A DNA stretch of 64,000 nucleotides from Sphyrna mokarran (lineage: Eukaryota). The DNA is taken from NCBI GenBank assembly GCA_024679065.1, contig JAGIQG010000020.1, forward strand, positions 21,390,001 through 21,454,000, written 5' to 3'. The translations under genes and the position numbers were made by a program. Positions within the stretch are counted from its first letter, which is position 1, and each line of letters starts with the position of its first letter. Shown one piece after another: positions 62,075 through 64,000 of this stretch. The notes below the pieces were generated by a model, which made no database searches, was not told where the DNA came from, and saw nothing but the letters and a program-made list of their open reading frames with translations.

Positions 62075-62210
62075 GTAAGCATAACAACGTCTCTCCATCA
62101 TTAATGGGATCAGATAATCTGTTCTAATTATGTTGGTGAAACAATTATTATTGGCCAGGACACTGGGGAGAACTTCCCTGTTCTTGTTTGCAAATACTGC
62201 CGTGGGATCT
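62075..62210 (-). mobile_element. Deu-SINE fragment
   Basis: cagataatctgtt..attggccaggacactggggagaacttccctgttctt..gccgtgggatct. Confidence 0.7.
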
Positions 62211-62250
62211 GGGCCAAATCATACTAGATCATCAGCCTAAAGAACACTTA

Positions 62251-62535
62251 GGGCATCATGGTGGCACAGTGGTTTTCACTGCTGCATCACAGTACTAGGT
62301 TCAATTCCCGGCTTGGATCACTGGCTGTGCAGAGACTGCACGTTCTCCCTGTGTGTGAGTGGGTTTCCCCCAGGTGCTCTATTTTCCACCCACAGTCCAA
62401 AAGATGTGCTGGTTAGATGCATTGGCCATCTAACCTGAACAAGTGCCAGTGTGGTGTTTAGGGGATTTTCATCGTAACTTCATTGCAATATTAATGTAAG
62501 CCTAATTGTGTCTAATAAATAAAATAAATAAACTT
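62251..62535 (+). mobile_element. HE1-like V-SINE, type B
   Basis: Head, V core and type B tail present. Confidence 0.85.
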
Positions 62536-62644
62536 TGGCTGGTAAACCCATAACATGCATTACCTCAAATAAATCGTAATCTATTTATTTTAACTCCTCA
62601 TTAAAGAATCATTTTGAAGATTTACCAGGCCAGATCTAGGTGAT

Positions 62645-62925
62645 GATTTATTAATATCCCAAGTAGGCTTACATTAAACTGCACTGAAGTTACTGTGAAA
62701 ATCCCCTGGTCACCAGCACCTGTTCGGGTACACTAAGAGAAAATTTAGCATGGCCAATGTCCCTAACTAGCACATCTTTCAGATTGTGGGAAGAAACCAG
62801 AGCACCCAGAGGAAACCCACACACACACAGGGAGAACATGCAGACTCCATCCAAACAGCGACCCAAGTGAGGAATCGAACCTGGGTCCCAAGTCCTGTGA
62901 GGCAGCAATGCTAACCACTGTGCAC
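62645..62925 (-). mobile_element. HE1-like V-SINE, type B, tail-to-tail with the previous copy
   Basis: Type B tail, V core and head present. Confidence 0.85.
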
Positions 62926-63837
62926 TATGATTACTGGTCGCCAGCCAGCCCTCAGTTCAATGACTGATTTAACCTCTTCTTGTCAAGTCATTGACAAGTC
63001 TTCTAGACAACTAAATCATGAACTAATATTCCTTTATTAATACTTGATGAAAACATGTTTAGAAGCATCTTAATGCTGAAAATATGGCAGGTATCTACAA
63101 GAACTTGCATTCGTGACACATGCACCAACCGGGAGGTGCAAAGCTTGCCTGAAATTAGTCTTTAGCCTTTACATGAATGCAGTAGAATGGCAATGTTGTC
63201 CAATCATAGATAAACAATTGCTGACAAATGAAATTGATATATAAGGTTACGAATGAGGCGGGTGTGTTAAGTACCACTCCCAATGATGCTGCCGCTATAG
63301 GATGTGGTGACAGGAGGGTCTTGGGTGCAGTGACATATGGAAAGCATTTTCTAGTTAGCCACAGACACTGGCTACATCCAATGGATAACCATACTGCTCC
63401 TAACCAGTTGTTTGACGACTGAAGTATGGATATAAGAAATGATTTGCGGGTACAAATATATCTCTTTTTTACTGCTCTTCAGATAAATAGAATTCTCCTG
63501 TGAGTTAGTCTGCCTTCAGTTTCAATGGGATATGCCAATTTCAGTCCGCCAGGCACCAAGTGAAATCCAGCCCCTGGTCGCACTACACAAAAAGAATTTT
63601 TTCCTTTTCTTTTCAATAGAAAGCTCAGGAGGGAGAACAGACATTCTTTGAAAGAAAATGGTTTTTATAAGGGTTGCCAAAAACAGTTGTATTGCAGCTT
63701 ACAGATCCGAAACATATTGAGAAAGATTTTCAATGAAACAGAATTTCCTCGAATTTGATTCAGCGTTTATAGGAATCCAAGCTATTTGCATCCCTGCATT
63801 GTATCAAAGGCATACATACTAACTGTTATCTTCCAAG

Positions 63838-64000
63838 AACCATAGGATCCCTATAGCACAGAAGGCGACTATGTGGCCCATAAAGCCTACACTTAGTACA
63901 ATTCCATTCAGGTCCTATCCCCTTAACACCATGTATTTATTCTGCTAGTCCCCCTGACACTTAGGGGCAATTTGGCATGGCTAATCAACCTATCCCTCAC
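63838..64000 (-). mobile_element. HE1-like V-SINE type A, cut by the window end
   Basis: cataggatccctatagcacagaagg..ggggcaatttggcatggctaatcaacct. Confidence 0.8.

Noticed and set aside
58692-64000. CABP7 exon 4 (CDMQKLTVDELK...)
   Set aside because: No matching sequence found after exon 3; it must lie beyond the window.

Overview
Eukaryotic genomic DNA, almost certainly from an elasmobranch (shark), judged from HE1-like V-SINEs, HER1/CR1 LINEs and SacSINE1-like Deu-SINEs. It holds the 5' part of one protein-coding gene on the + strand, CABP7 (calneuron-2, EF-hand calcium-binding protein 7). Coding exons 1-3 lie at 13829-13937, 14950-15093 and 58579-58691 (109+144+113 nt = 122 codons, GT-AG, phases 1/1/0). 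Intron 2 is 43.5 kb and splits EF-hand 2; exons 4 onward lie beyond the window. The rest is mostly transposable-element debris: CR1, Rex1, L2, RTE and a second CR1-like LINE, about 26 V-SINE copies with two different tails, two other SINE families, Penelope-derived palindromic inserts, Harbinger relics/MITEs and possible solo LTRs. One CR1 copy is young, with an uninterrupted 475-codon RT frame. I found no convincing new protein-coding system. The best leads are: (1) a ~435 bp intronic foldback whose arms show strongly asymmetric CpG decay; (2) Penelope-derived hairpin inserts carrying decayed minimal hammerhead ribozymes; (3) V-SINE tail swapping between CR1-type and Rex1-like 3' ends; (4) a chain of overlapping uORFs ahead of the CABP7 start. 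Exon coordinates are exact; TE boundaries are read by eye and approximate (about +/-10-30 nt).
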